The notes: generated from the sequence alone by a model not told the origin. Shown: positions 18,625 through 28,553, counted from the first letter of the stretch. The stretch is 44,280 bases of DNA from an uncultured Lachnospiraceae bacterium (GCA_944380025.1 CALWGL010000001.1:1-44280), one strand, 5' to 3'. Program-made: numbers and translations.

Positions 18625-20032
18625 AAAATGGATGAGGCCGGTGGAGCTTCTGGAGATCCTCCTGAATTTTCTTACGGTCTTTTTCGCACAGACCGCGCTG
18701 TTTTCTGCCTTTGAACCGCTGGGGAGCGCGCTGGAGGCGGATGGCGCCGCGGCGGGAAGTGCTGCCTTCCAGGCGCCTTCCCCTGCGGTCCAGCTTCTTT
18801 TTCTGGCGGTGCCGGTCTGCTTCTGGCTGATCCGGATCCTGGCTTCCCGGTTCTGGCTGTTTGTCCTGCTTCATGCGGGCGTTTTTCTCGCGGCGGTCTT
18901 CTGCCTCGGAACAAACGGACTTTCCCGGGGGGTATTTGCCCTTCTTGCCGGTATTTATCTGCTGGTTTCCTTCCGGATAAGACTGCAGGAGCAGCGGGAG
19001 GAGGAAGGGATCCTGGGGCCTGCGGCGGCGCTCATCGCGGCGGGGGCATCGATGCTTCTGTGCGCCTATCTGGAGAATGACGCGGCCTGCGGCCGGATCC
19101 TGAACGCTTCCCTGGTGTATGCCTTTCTGTTTTTCGCGGATACCTATCTGCGGAATCTGGAGCAGTTCGTGCAGTTTAACAGGGCGAGCAACGCGCACAT
19201 TCCGGTACGCAGGATGCTGCTGCGGGGCGGCGGCCTTACGGCGGGCTGCAGTCTGGCTGCGGTGCTGCTTCTGGCGCTGGGAGTGAATCAGACCTTTCTG
19301 AGACGGTCAGGGGATCTGCTGCGGGCGCTCCTTCTGTGGGCGGTCAGGGGGATCCTGCGGGTGATCGGCGCGTTTCTCTCTCTCTTCGGATCGGAGAGCG
19401 CGGAACAGACCGCCGTCAGGCAGGAAGCCGCCGCGGAACAGTTCCTGCAGGCGGGAGCAGAGGAGCAGCCTCTGTGGCTGGAGATCCTGTATCAGATCCT
19501 TCAGTATCTGCTTTTTGCCGCAGCAGCCGTCCTTCTGATCTTTCTGCTGTACAGGGCGATATCCGCTCTGGTGAGCAGGTTCTACGAAGGAAAGCGGAAG
19601 CGGCCGCAGGGAGAGGAAAAAGCGGAGGAGATCCGGGAGAGCCTGCGCACGGAAAGAAAGAAAAAGGAAAAAGAAAGCCGCCCGCGGCTTTTTGCCGGAA
19701 CGCCGGAGGAGAAGATCCGCAGGATCTTCATCCGGACCGTGCAGAAGCAGAAGCGCTTCCGGAATCCGGAAGGACGTCCGGGCGCTTCCGGAGGGAAGGA
19801 TCCGTGGAGAAAGGACGCCAGGGAGGCTCTTGTAAGAGGGAAGACGGCCAGAGAGCTGGAGGTTCTTTTTCCGGATCAGGACCGGGAGACCTTTGGACAG
19901 CTGGCCCGGCTGTACGAGAAGGCGAGATACGCGCGGACGGATTCCGCCCATCCGGGGAAGGGCGGCTGCAGCGCGGAAGATGTGAGGCGGGCGGAGGCCT
20001 GCCGGGATGCCCTGTCCGGAAAACAGATCTGA
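18617..20032 (+). CDS. Multi-pass membrane protein of the MoxR/DUF58 operon (DUF4129-like C-terminus)
   Basis: Many hydrophobic segments; C-terminal T.RE..LARLYEKARY. Confidence 0.75.
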   Translation: MNEKWMRPVELLEILLNFLTVFFAQTALFSAFEPLGSALEADGAAAGSAAFQAPSPAVQLLFLAVPVCFWLIRILASRFWLFVLLHAGVFLAAVFCLGTNGLSRGVFALLAGIYLLVSFRIRLQEQREEEGILGPAAALIAAGASMLLCAYLENDAACGRILNASLVYAFLFFADTYLRNLEQFVQFNRASNAHIPVRRMLLRGGGLTAGCSLAAVLLLALGVNQTFLRRSGDLLRALLLWAVRGILRVIGAFLSLFGSESAEQTAVRQEAAAEQFLQAGAEEQPLWLEILYQILQYLLFAAAAVLLIFLLYRAISALVSRFYEGKRKRPQGEEKAEEIRESLRTERKKKEKESRPRLFAGTPEEKIRRIFIRTVQKQKRFRNPEGRPGASGGKDPWRKDAREALVRGKTARELEVLFPDQDRETFGQLARLYEKARYARTDSAHPGKGGCSAEDVRRAEACRDALSGKQI

Positions 20033-20098
20033 TCCGGGTGCATATGATAAACCATAAAAAAAGGAATGCCCGTTTTTCGCGGGCAGGAAAAGGATCAT

Positions 20099-20680
20099 AT
20101 GGACAATTTCGGAATGGGTCCGGCTGGACTTTTGCGGAAAGATTTTTCATGCAGGGAACCTTCGCAAAAGGAGTTTCCCTGTGAGGGCCTTTCCTGGAGC
20201 AGGAGAGACCGGGAGGGACAGAACGGAAAAAACCGGCAGGGACAGAGAGGGCTGCCCTTCTACATGACGTATCCGGATCTGCTGTTTCGGGAAGAGGACG
20301 CGGCAGCGAGGGATCTGGAATATCTGATCCAGATGTATCCGAAGCAGGCGGGGAAATACAGGGAAAAGATCAGCCGTATGCTGGACCATGTGGATTACCG
20401 GGGAAGCATGATCTACGATGAGTATCCGGACAGACTGGCGCTGTTCCGGCTGGCGGACAGCATTCATGAACGGATCCGGCAGGAGGAGGCGCCTGACCGC
20501 GTGAAAACGGAAGAAGAGCCGGGAGGCGCGGCGCCGGAGGAAAACGGGGAGAAAGACCTGGACCGGAAAACGCTGATCCAGATCCTTCTTTATTATGAGA
20601 TCTTCCGGAGGAGGAGAAAATCCGGCAAAATGCCGGTTGTGTATCCGGATAAAAATGATTACAATGGGTATGGCGGATGA
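20099..20680 (+). CDS. Hypothetical protein
   Basis: Contains DLEYLIQMYP..DYRGSMIYDEYPD; start 20099 (or 20066) uncertain. Confidence 0.65.
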   Translation: MDNFGMGPAGLLRKDFSCREPSQKEFPCEGLSWSRRDREGQNGKNRQGQRGLPFYMTYPDLLFREEDAAARDLEYLIQMYPKQAGKYREKISRMLDHVDYRGSMIYDEYPDRLALFRLADSIHERIRQEEAPDRVKTEEEPGGAAPEENGEKDLDRKTLIQILLYYEIFRRRRKSGKMPVVYPDKNDYNGYGG

Positions 20681-20768
20681 AAGCAGGGGGCGCAGAAGGT
20701 CCGGAAAAGCGGAAGGCTTTGCGGGACGGCTGCGCCGTCTTTTACGATCGTGAGAAAGGAAACGGCAG

Positions 20769-21935
20769 ATGGAAGAATTGCGCGTTCTCATACAGGAAAG
20801 TCTTACGGGAGAGCTGTATCAGATGACGGCGGGAGGCCCGCGGAGAAAGGACTCGGATGTGCGGCTTAAGGTCCGGCCGGTCATGCTCCGGGACAGGCTT
20901 CTTTTTCAGCTGGAAAGCTTCCGCGGGAATCAGGTCTTTCACAGAAATCTGACAGAGGAGGAGGCGCTGGAGGCTATTCTGGAAGCCATGGCGGGTTTCC
21001 GTCAGCTTTCCGTAAAGACGCGGCGCTTTGAGGCGGAGGCGACAGTGAGCAAAAAAGGCAAGGTGACGGTCCGGAAACGCAAGACTGCTTCGGACCCTGC
21101 GAAAGCAGTGCCGGAAGCCCTGCGGATGGCGCATGACCGGAAGAAGAAATATATTCTGGAGGAAGGAAAGCCTGTTCCCTTTCTGATCGATCTTGGGGTT
21201 CAGACGGCGGAGGGGAAAACGGTGAAGAGCCGGTATGATAAATTCCGCCAGATCAACCGTTTCCTGGAATTTATCGCGGACGTCATGCCCATACTCCCAA
21301 AGGACCGGTGTGTGCGGATCATTGATTTCGGATGCGGGAAAAGCTATCTGACTTTCGCCATGTACTATTATCTGCACGAGCTGTGCGGGCTGGATATCCG
21401 TGTGACGGGCCTGGATCTGAAGGCGGATGTGATCAGCCGCTGCAGCGGCCTTGCGGAGAAATACGGGTATCGCAGGCTGGATTTCCTTCAGGGGGATATC
21501 GCGGATTTTGAAGGTGAGGACAGCGTGGATATGGTGGTGACCCTTCATGCCTGCGATACGGCCACGGATCATGCCCTGTATAAGGCGGTAAAATGGAATG
21601 CGTCGGTCATCCTTTCCGTGCCCTGCTGTCAGCATGAGGTAAACCGGCAGATCCGAAACGAGGTGCTGGCTCCGGCGCTGAAATATGGTCTGATCAGGGA
21701 ACGGCTGTCCGCGCTGGTAACGGATTCTGTCCGCGCCTGCCTGCTGGAGGAGCATGGGTATGAGACGCAGATCCTGGAATTCATCGATATGGAGCATACG
21801 CCCAAGAATATCCTCATCCGCGCCGTGAAGCGGAAGGAGAAAGAAGCGCAGAGGACCGTAGTCAGGGAAATGACGGAGTTCCTGCAGGTAAATACCTGCC
21901 TGCAGAGACTGTTTGAAACACAGGAGCATTCATGA
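20769..21935 (+). CDS. Class I SAM-dependent methyltransferase
   Basis: KFRQINRF, IIDFGCGKSYLT, LHACDTATD, VPCC, HTPKN. Confidence 0.9.
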   Translation: MEELRVLIQESLTGELYQMTAGGPRRKDSDVRLKVRPVMLRDRLLFQLESFRGNQVFHRNLTEEEALEAILEAMAGFRQLSVKTRRFEAEATVSKKGKVTVRKRKTASDPAKAVPEALRMAHDRKKKYILEEGKPVPFLIDLGVQTAEGKTVKSRYDKFRQINRFLEFIADVMPILPKDRCVRIIDFGCGKSYLTFAMYYYLHELCGLDIRVTGLDLKADVISRCSGLAEKYGYRRLDFLQGDIADFEGEDSVDMVVTLHACDTATDHALYKAVKWNASVILSVPCCQHEVNRQIRNEVLAPALKYGLIRERLSALVTDSVRACLLEEHGYETQILEFIDMEHTPKNILIRAVKRKEKEAQRTVVREMTEFLQVNTCLQRLFETQEHS

Positions 21936-24466
21936 AAAGAGCGATCATCAGAGGCTGTGTGTGCGCGGTCGTTTTTGCGGCGGCGCTGATCGTAAGCAGC
22001 ATACTGTTAAACAGAGGCAATACGGATATGACGGCGGATATGGAGCCGCCCAGGCTCCCTGTGGTCTATATCGATCAGGGAGGACTGCGTGTCAACGGAA
22101 TGGACGGATATCTGTGCGAAATGGAGGAGGCGTCCATGACGGGAAGGCTCCTTCCCATCGGAACAGACCGGAAACTTTCCCTGGAGATCGTTCCCTTCGG
22201 CCTTCCGGTGGAGGGACTTTCCTTTGAAGTGCGCAGCGCCGACGGAAGCCGTCTGGTGGAGGATACCCCGGTGCCGGGGCTCGCGGAAGAGGACGGCGTC
22301 CTGCGGGCGGATATCGTCCTGAAGGATCTGATCGATGAAAATGTGGAATACAGTCTGATCTTCAAGGTGCTGCTGGAGGACGGAAGAGAGGTCTCCTACT
22401 ATATGCGCGTGATCCTGCAGGAGGAGTCGGGCGTGCAGGAAAAGCTGGACTTTGTGGCAGGCTTCAGCCGGGATACCTTTGACGATGCGTCCTGTGCGGC
22501 GCTTGCCGTCTATATGGAAACGGATGCCGGCGGAGACAATTCCACGCTGGGCCGCGTGACGATCCACAGCAGCCTGGAGCAGCTTGGCTGGGGAAGCCTG
22601 AATGTGCGTCAGGAAACGGAGCCGGTGTTCACCATCCTGGATATGACCGGACAGACGGCGGCGGTCAGCGTGGAATATCTGGTGAGCTATACCAGGTACG
22701 AGCGGGAGAGGTATGCCTTCGTAAAAGAGCTTTACCGGATCAGAAGCGGCGCGGAAAGAATGTATCTGCTGGACTACGAGCGTACCATGAATGAGTATTT
22801 TACGGAAGACGCGTCCTCCTTTGTGGATGAGGAGGCGGTGCTCGGCATACGGGATACGGATGTGGAGATGAAGGAGAGCGAGGGCGGAGACATCGTGGCT
22901 TTTGCCCAGAACGGAGTGCTTTACAGCCTGAACGTGACGGAAAACAGGCTGGCCAGGCTGTTTTCCTTCCATGACGTGGAGGAGCTGGATGAAAGAGCTT
23001 TTCCGGACGGCCGGAATTTTAAGATCCTTCAGGTGGATGAGGCGGGAAACGTATTTTTCATGGTGTACGGCTATATCAGCTCCGGGCGCAGACAGGGCAG
23101 CTGCGGAGTACAGGTTTACTTTTACGACGGTTCCGCCAATACGGTAGAGGAGATGGCCTTCCTTTCCAGTGAAAAGTCTCCGGAGATCCTGAAGGCGCAG
23201 ATCGACCGGCTCGCCTATATCAACGGAAAGTATGAACTGTATCTGTTCCTGGATGACCAGATCTGCTGTGTGCATCTGGACAGCCGGACGGCGGAGATCA
23301 CGGCGGAAGGTCTGAGCACGGACGGCTGCAGCGTGTCGGAGAGCAACCGGATGATCGCCTGGCAGAGCGGAGAAAGATATGCTTCGGAATCCCTGATCCT
23401 GATGAACCTGAGCACAGGAGAACAGACGGAGATCGCGGCCGGAGAAGGAAATCATATCCTTCCTCTCGGGTTCATGGGAGAGGATCTTGTGTATGGGATC
23501 GCCAGGCAGGCCGATCTGTTCCGGGATGAAACGGGCACCATGATCTTTCCCATGCATCAGGTAAGGATCCAGGATGAAAACGGCGGAACTCTGATGACCT
23601 ATGAAAAAGAAGGTTATTATGTGACCGGCTGCGAAATGTCCGGAAATCAGATCATTCTGAACCGGATGGAAAAGAATGCCTTTGGAGGCTATACGGTCTG
23701 CGGGGAGGATCAGATCGTAAGCAGCAGGACGGAAGACGGACAGGTCAGCGAGATCATCACGGTGCCTACGGAAAATGACGACCGGCTGACAGAGATCCAG
23801 CTCCGTACCGGCGTAAAGACCGGACAGCTGAAGATCCTCACGCCCGGCGAGGTGCTGTATGAGGGAGACAGGCAGGTGGAAATGCCTGTATCCGCCGGTG
23901 AAACAGAGCTTTATTATGTCTATGGTCTGGCGGGAGACGTCGTCTTTGCGGCAGAACCCGGAGAGGCCATAGCGCTGGCGGAAGAAGGCTCCGGCTGGGT
24001 GACTGCCCGGAACGGTTCCTGCATCTGGCGGACGGAGCGGATCCATACGGCGAACCAGATCACGGCGATCGAAGGGACAGCTGCCGATGAGGAGAAAGAC
24101 AGCCTTGAGGTATGTCTGGATGCGATCCTTTCCTATGAAGGAGTTGCGAGAAATACAGGATATCTGCTGGAGCAGGGGAAGTCGGTGGCCGAAGTGCTGC
24201 AGGAAAATCTGCAGGACGTGCTGGTCCTGGATCTGACAGGGTGCAGCCTGGAAAGCGTTCTGTATTATCCGGACCGTGAGATCCCGGTACTTGTCCTTTC
24301 CGAGGACGGCAGCGCGGTACTGATCACGGGCTTTGACGAGCATAACATCCTGCTTATGGATCCCGCGGCCGGCAGGGTTTCCCGGATGGGCCGGGGCGAT
24401 GCGTCAGCCTGGTTTGAAGAGAACGGAAACCGGTTTGTCTCCTACGTGAAAATGCCGGAACAGTAA
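21932..24466 (+). CDS. Large membrane-anchored exported hypothetical protein, 844 aa, with a C39-peptidase-like C-terminus
   Basis: N-terminal TM, acidic beta-rich body, C-terminal AVLITGFDEHNILLMDP; ATGA overlap with upstream gene. Confidence 0.8.
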   Translation: MKRAIIRGCVCAVVFAAALIVSSILLNRGNTDMTADMEPPRLPVVYIDQGGLRVNGMDGYLCEMEEASMTGRLLPIGTDRKLSLEIVPFGLPVEGLSFEVRSADGSRLVEDTPVPGLAEEDGVLRADIVLKDLIDENVEYSLIFKVLLEDGREVSYYMRVILQEESGVQEKLDFVAGFSRDTFDDASCAALAVYMETDAGGDNSTLGRVTIHSSLEQLGWGSLNVRQETEPVFTILDMTGQTAAVSVEYLVSYTRYERERYAFVKELYRIRSGAERMYLLDYERTMNEYFTEDASSFVDEEAVLGIRDTDVEMKESEGGDIVAFAQNGVLYSLNVTENRLARLFSFHDVEELDERAFPDGRNFKILQVDEAGNVFFMVYGYISSGRRQGSCGVQVYFYDGSANTVEEMAFLSSEKSPEILKAQIDRLAYINGKYELYLFLDDQICCVHLDSRTAEITAEGLSTDGCSVSESNRMIAWQSGERYASESLILMNLSTGEQTEIAAGEGNHILPLGFMGEDLVYGIARQADLFRDETGTMIFPMHQVRIQDENGGTLMTYEKEGYYVTGCEMSGNQIILNRMEKNAFGGYTVCGEDQIVSSRTEDGQVSEIITVPTENDDRLTEIQLRTGVKTGQLKILTPGEVLYEGDRQVEMPVSAGETELYYVYGLAGDVVFAAEPGEAIALAEEGSGWVTARNGSCIWRTERIHTANQITAIEGTAADEEKDSLEVCLDAILSYEGVARNTGYLLEQGKSVAEVLQENLQDVLVLDLTGCSLESVLYYPDREIPVLVLSEDGSAVLITGFDEHNILLMDPAAGRVSRMGRGDASAWFEENGNRFVSYVKMPEQ

Positions 24467-24467
24467 A

Positions 24468-24497
24468 CGGCGCGGCTGACAGCCGCGCCGAAAAAAA
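24468..24497 (-). terminator. Intrinsic terminator between convergent genes (U tract on queT strand)
   Basis: CGGCGCGGCTG-A-CAGCCGCGCCG, with the A run after it on the plus strand. Confidence 0.7.
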
Positions 24498-24500
24498 GAT

Positions 24501-24995
24501 CTACGAAAACAGGCGGGAACGGTACCGGTTCAGCATGCAGGCAAGCAGCAGTCCAAGGATGCCGCAGGAAATGACCTCTCCCGCGCCCACGGTCAGAAAG
24601 GAAAGCCACAGCGGACGGATCCCGTAGGCATAGCGAAGGACAAAGGGGACGATGACCGTATTTGCCAGAATGGGAGGGATGGGAGCGGGGAGGCGCTTTC
24701 CGGGAAAGATCTTCCCAAGCTTCCAGGTCCCCAGCGCGCCGATGAGCGTGGCGGCAGAGCCGAAAACGATATCCGGAAGGGCACAGCCCGTCAGGATATT
24801 GCTGATCAGACAGCCGGCGGTCAGCCCGGGAATGGCGGCAGGAGTAAACAGGGGAAGAATGGTAAGAGCTTCCGAGAAGCGGACCTGAACCGCGTAATTC
24901 GCGAGTCCGAAGGCGTTGGCAATGAAGGTGAGCACAACGTAGAGGGCGGCGATCATCGCCGCCTGGGTGAGCAGGTGAAGCTTGTTCTTGTTCAT
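24501..24995 (-). CDS. queT: QueT family queuosine-precursor transporter (ECF S component)
   Basis: AAMIAALYVVLT..VQVRFSEALTILP..GCLISN; preQ1 riboswitch upstream. Confidence 0.92.
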   Translation of the reverse strand: MNKNKLHLLTQAAMIAALYVVLTFIANAFGLANYAVQVRFSEALTILPLFTPAAIPGLTAGCLISNILTGCALPDIVFGSAATLIGALGTWKLGKIFPGKRLPAPIPPILANTVIVPFVLRYAYGIRPLWLSFLTVGAGEVISCGILGLLLACMLNRYRSRLFS

Positions 24996-25004
24996 TTTTC
25001 ATTT

Positions 25005-25047
25005 CTCCTTTAGTTTTGTTTTACGAGTGGAAGGTCTCGAACACTCG
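25005..25047 (-). ncRNA. preQ1-I riboswitch (translational)
   Basis: CGAGUG-UUCGAGACCUUC-CACUCG stem-loop, then A-rich tail UAAAACAAAACUAAAGGAG; loop CCUU can pair with SD AAGG; directly upstream of queT. Confidence 0.88.
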
Positions 25048-25095
25048 ATTCATTTTACGCCGGGAATCGGCGGCAGGCATGAAGCGTCGTTTTTT

Positions 25096-25146
25096 ATGAA
25101 ACGGCTGTTTCGTGAAACGACTGTTTCATGAAACGACTGTTTCATG
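25096..25146. repeat. 3 x 16-bp palindromic tandem repeat in queT leader
   Basis: RTGAAACGRCTGTTTC x3 plus ATG. Confidence 0.9.
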
Positions 25147-25162
25147 GACTGCAACAGGGAGC

Positions 25163-25191
25163 AGTATACCACGGGAAAAGAGAAAAAGCAA
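25163..25191 (-). promoter_or_regulatory. Sigma-A promoter of queT
   Basis: TTGCTT-17 bp-TATACT with TG extension. Confidence 0.65.
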
Positions 25192-25192
25192 G

Positions 25193-25269
25193 AAAAAAGG
25201 CGCCGTGCCGGTTACAGTTCGTTACAGCCTTCGGCAGAATTGTAACGAACTGCAGCCGGCGCGGCGCCT
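25193..25269 (-). terminator. Long hairpin terminator after prs
   Basis: 29-bp imperfect inverted repeat followed by T6 on the minus strand. Confidence 0.7.
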
Positions 25270-25300
25270 GAAACGTGCGAAAACGGAGTCACCGGAAAGA

Positions 25301-26479
25301 TCAGAACTTCCCGTTCCGGTATTTGCCCAGAAGCTTCTGGATCTTTTCATTGGGGCTTAACAGATCGCTGATGGAAGTATCATGATTCAGCGTATCGATC
25401 AGATAAGCCACATACTTGCTCATGCTGCAGCTGACATACCACTCGCGCTCCAGAAGTTCCGGGGGCTGATAGATCAGATTGGTGGTCAGCACGCGGTCGA
25501 TGATGCCTTCCTGATAGGCTTTGTCAAACGCATCCAGGCCATTGGTGAACAGACCGAAGGTGGCGCACACGAAGATCTTGCGGGCCTTCCTCTTCTTCAG
25601 GGCGGCAGCGACCTCGCGGACGCTTTCGCCGGAGGAGATCATATCGTCGATGATGAGCATGTCCTTGCCCTCCACATCGGAACCCAGGAACTCATGGGCG
25701 ACGATGGGATTGCGACCGTTGACGATGCGGGTATAATCGCGTCTCTTATAGAACATTCCCATATCCAGGCCGAGTACGTTGGCGATATAGATGGCGCGGC
25801 TCATGCCGCCCTCATCCGGACTGATGACCATCATGTGGTCGGCGTCTATGATCAGATCCTTCTGGTTGCGCAGCAGGTTCTTGATGAACTGATAGGCGGG
25901 CTGTACGGTTTCAAAACCGTGCAGAGGAATGGCATTCTGCACTCTGGGATCATGGGCGTCGAAGGTGATGATGTTTTCCACGCCCATATGGATCAGCTCC
26001 TGCAGAGCGATGGCGCAGTCCAGGGATTCCCGGCTGGTGCGCTTGTGCTGTCTGCCCTCGTAAAGATAGGGCATGATCACGTTGATCCTGCGGGCTTTCC
26101 CGCCGACAGCGGAGATGATGCGCTTCAGATCCTGATAGTGGTCGTCCGGAGACATGTGGTTTTCCTGCCCGAACAGGGAATAGGTCAGACTGTGGTTGAC
26201 CACATCCACAAGGAGGTAAAGGTCCATCCCGCGGACGGATTCCTGAATGACGCCCTTTCCTTCACCGGTTCCGAAACGGGGCACCTTGCTGTTGAGCAGA
26301 TAGGAATCGCGCTGATAGCCGGAAAAGATCAGGCTGTTCTTATGCTCGCTTTCCCGTTCGCGGCGCCACTTTACGAGATAATGATCCACCTGTTCGCCGA
26401 GAGCCTGGCAGCCTGCCAGAGGGATGATCCCCAGAGAACCTGCCGGGATCGTTTCCAAGTTTCTTTTTTCTTCCGCCAT
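25301..26479 (-). CDS. prs: Ribose-phosphate pyrophosphokinase
   Basis: MPYLYEGRQHKR, DAHDPRVQ, SPDEGG, IDDMISSG; start MAEEK at 26479 behind GAGG. Confidence 0.93.
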   Translation of the reverse strand: MAEEKRNLETIPAGSLGIIPLAGCQALGEQVDHYLVKWRRERESEHKNSLIFSGYQRDSYLLNSKVPRFGTGEGKGVIQESVRGMDLYLLVDVVNHSLTYSLFGQENHMSPDDHYQDLKRIISAVGGKARRINVIMPYLYEGRQHKRTSRESLDCAIALQELIHMGVENIITFDAHDPRVQNAIPLHGFETVQPAYQFIKNLLRNQKDLIIDADHMMVISPDEGGMSRAIYIANVLGLDMGMFYKRRDYTRIVNGRNPIVAHEFLGSDVEGKDMLIIDDMISSGESVREVAAALKKRKARKIFVCATFGLFTNGLDAFDKAYQEGIIDRVLTTNLIYQPPELLEREWYVSCSMSKYVAYLIDTLNHDTSISDLLSPNEKIQKLLGKYRNGKF

Positions 26480-26487
26480 GGGAGTCC

Positions 26488-27459
26488 TCACTTTCTGTTC
26501 GCAAATCGTTTTCTGCACATCCGGATGTCCGGGCCTGTGAGCTTGCAGAAGTCAAAGCTGCTGGTGATCCTGGAGAAGATCCTGTCCTGATACCGTTCCT
26601 TCAGCTCGGGAAGGGAAAGGTTGGTGGAGATGATCATGCTCTTTTTCCGGCTGATGCGTTCGTTCAGCACGGTGAAAAGGTGGGAGAGCGTAAAGGGCGT
26701 GCTCTGCTCCGTTCCCAGATCATCGATGACCAGCAGGTCACAGTTGTAAAGGTCATTATATAAATAGTCCAGGTTATCCTGTCTCTTTATATCAAAGGCA
26801 TTGCGCGCGAGCATGTCGAAGAGCATGGACGCGCTGAAATAGATCACGGAATGACCGCTTTCGATCACCTCTCTGGCGATACAGTTGCTCAGAAAGGTTT
26901 TTCCGGTGCCGACGGTCCCGTAGAAGAAGAGACTGCGGCCGGAAGAGCCGAAGGAGGAAGCGAAATCCCGGCACATGCGGACGGCGGCCTGAAAGGCGGG
27001 GAGGCTGTCCCCGTCAAAATAATCGTAGGAGAGGGTATCAAAATTTTCCTTCTCCAGGACCTCCTTCAGATTGGACTGCTGATAGAGCAGGGCGATCTCC
27101 GCCTGCCGGAAGCAGTGACATTTCCGGCCGTTGATGTATCCCGTATCCCGGCAGTCCGGGCAGTCGTAAACCGGCTCCAGATAGTCGTCGGGAAGGCCGG
27201 CGTTTTTAAGAAGCTCCTTTTTATCCCGGCTGAGCCTGTGAAGCTGTTCCTTCAGGACCGTGAGGGCGTCGGGGTCTCCGTTCAGCAGCTTTTTCCCCTG
27301 GGAAACGGAAAGCGTGGCCACGGATTCATCCAGCAGACGGTATCCCTTCACGTTGGCATAAACATATTGGAGCCTGTCCTCTCTTACATGACGGTTTTTC
27401 GTCTGCTTCTGTTCATACACCCTCATGATGGCATTGTATTGCGTATTCGATAAAGCCAC
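26488..27459 (-). CDS. DnaC/DnaI-type helicase loader ATPase
   Basis: CPDCRDTG..CHC zinc site, GTVGTGKT Walker A, IDDLGTE, STNL, DRIFSRI; follows dnaD. Confidence 0.9.
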   Translation of the reverse strand: MALSNTQYNAIMRVYEQKQTKNRHVREDRLQYVYANVKGYRLLDESVATLSVSQGKKLLNGDPDALTVLKEQLHRLSRDKKELLKNAGLPDDYLEPVYDCPDCRDTGYINGRKCHCFRQAEIALLYQQSNLKEVLEKENFDTLSYDYFDGDSLPAFQAAVRMCRDFASSFGSSGRSLFFYGTVGTGKTFLSNCIAREVIESGHSVIYFSASMLFDMLARNAFDIKRQDNLDYLYNDLYNCDLLVIDDLGTEQSTPFTLSHLFTVLNERISRKKSMIISTNLSLPELKERYQDRIFSRITSSFDFCKLTGPDIRMCRKRFANRK

Positions 27460-27488
27460 GGCTGTTCTCCTTCAAATAAGACCGACGC

Positions 27489-28553
27489 TCAGATGTGCAG
27501 CAGCTCCTTTTCCAGGGCGTCGTAATCGTAGCTGTTCTGCATGAAACGGTTGTACCGGTCCGCAGAACGCTCCCGGCCCTGTCTGGCGGGCTTTTCCTTC
27601 TGAAAGCCTTCGTCCAGCCGGGCGATGTCGGACAGATGGCGTACGCCGGATTCCTTCCAGGAGGAGAGGATCTTGTCCGCGTATTCAAAACGGTGCCGGT
27701 CCGTGGCAAGGACCGTGCGTTCGCAGGCCTCCTGGATGATGGGAAGCTCGAACCCGAGATCCTTTCTCCAGCGGCGGATGAATCCGGCCTCCCGTCTGGT
27801 GGGGGCGTTCGTCTTGCCGAGCGCGTTCATGACGGCATAAACGGTCTTATCGTATTTGACAGCCTGCTTTTCGGCTTCGGCGGGAGTGGTCACGCCTGCC
27901 TCCGCCCAGCTGACGGCGACTTTTTCAATATAGCGGAAATCCTTTTTTCCGCGTTCGACGCAGTACTGAAGGAGATAGTCGATCAGATCGTCGGAAAAAT
28001 GCAGCCTGTCCGAAAAGAAAAGGATGGATCTGACGTCGGAGGGGCTGAGCGTCCTTCCCAGATACTGCTCCGCGATGAACAGAAGCTGGGCGGCGGAATC
28101 CTTCTGCTGGAAGGCCTTCAGCTCATCCAGGGAATAGGACGGTCTGATCTCCTTTCCGGATGTCCGGATGCTGTCCGGGGCGCCGGGATCTGAGCCGGCG
28201 GATTCCGGGACAGAGGGCGCCGCAGCGGTCTCTTCCTTCCGCGGCGCAGCCGGAGAGCCGGAAAGTCCGGAAAGCCGGATGCCGGTGAGATTTCCGGCCG
28301 CGTCGTATTCCAGCAGGAGCACGCCGCACTTCTCCCAGTACTTCAGCGCGCGCATCACATCCTTCTCCGTATGGTTGAAGGCGTCGGCGATCTTTGGAAT
28401 ATCCAGAGAGCGGCCCGCATTCACGGCCCGGAGAAGATACAGATATATTTTCAGCTGCGCATCATTGGCCTGCGGCATGAACTCGTCAATAAAACGGTTG
28501 GACACGATCGTAACGCCGGCGCAGCCATCCTGACAGATTTTCAGACGGCTCAT
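27489..28553 (-). CDS. DnaD domain primosomal protein
   Basis: SNRFIDEFMPQAN..KIYLYL, ALKYWEK, two DnaD repeats (YIEKVAVSW, YADKILSSW). Confidence 0.9.
   Translation of the reverse strand: MSRLKICQDGCAGVTIVSNRFIDEFMPQANDAQLKIYLYLLRAVNAGRSLDIPKIADAFNHTEKDVMRALKYWEKCGVLLLEYDAAGNLTGIRLSGLSGSPAAPRKEETAAAPSVPESAGSDPGAPDSIRTSGKEIRPSYSLDELKAFQQKDSAAQLLFIAEQYLGRTLSPSDVRSILFFSDRLHFSDDLIDYLLQYCVERGKKDFRYIEKVAVSWAEAGVTTPAEAEKQAVKYDKTVYAVMNALGKTNAPTRREAGFIRRWRKDLGFELPIIQEACERTVLATDRHRFEYADKILSSWKESGVRHLSDIARLDEGFQKEKPARQGRERSADRYNRFMQNSYDYDALEKELLHI

Noticed and set aside
26488-27459. IS21 IstB helper or prophage replication module
   Set aside because: No istA, integrase or phage genes; it sits in a housekeeping murC-dnaD-dnaC-prs context
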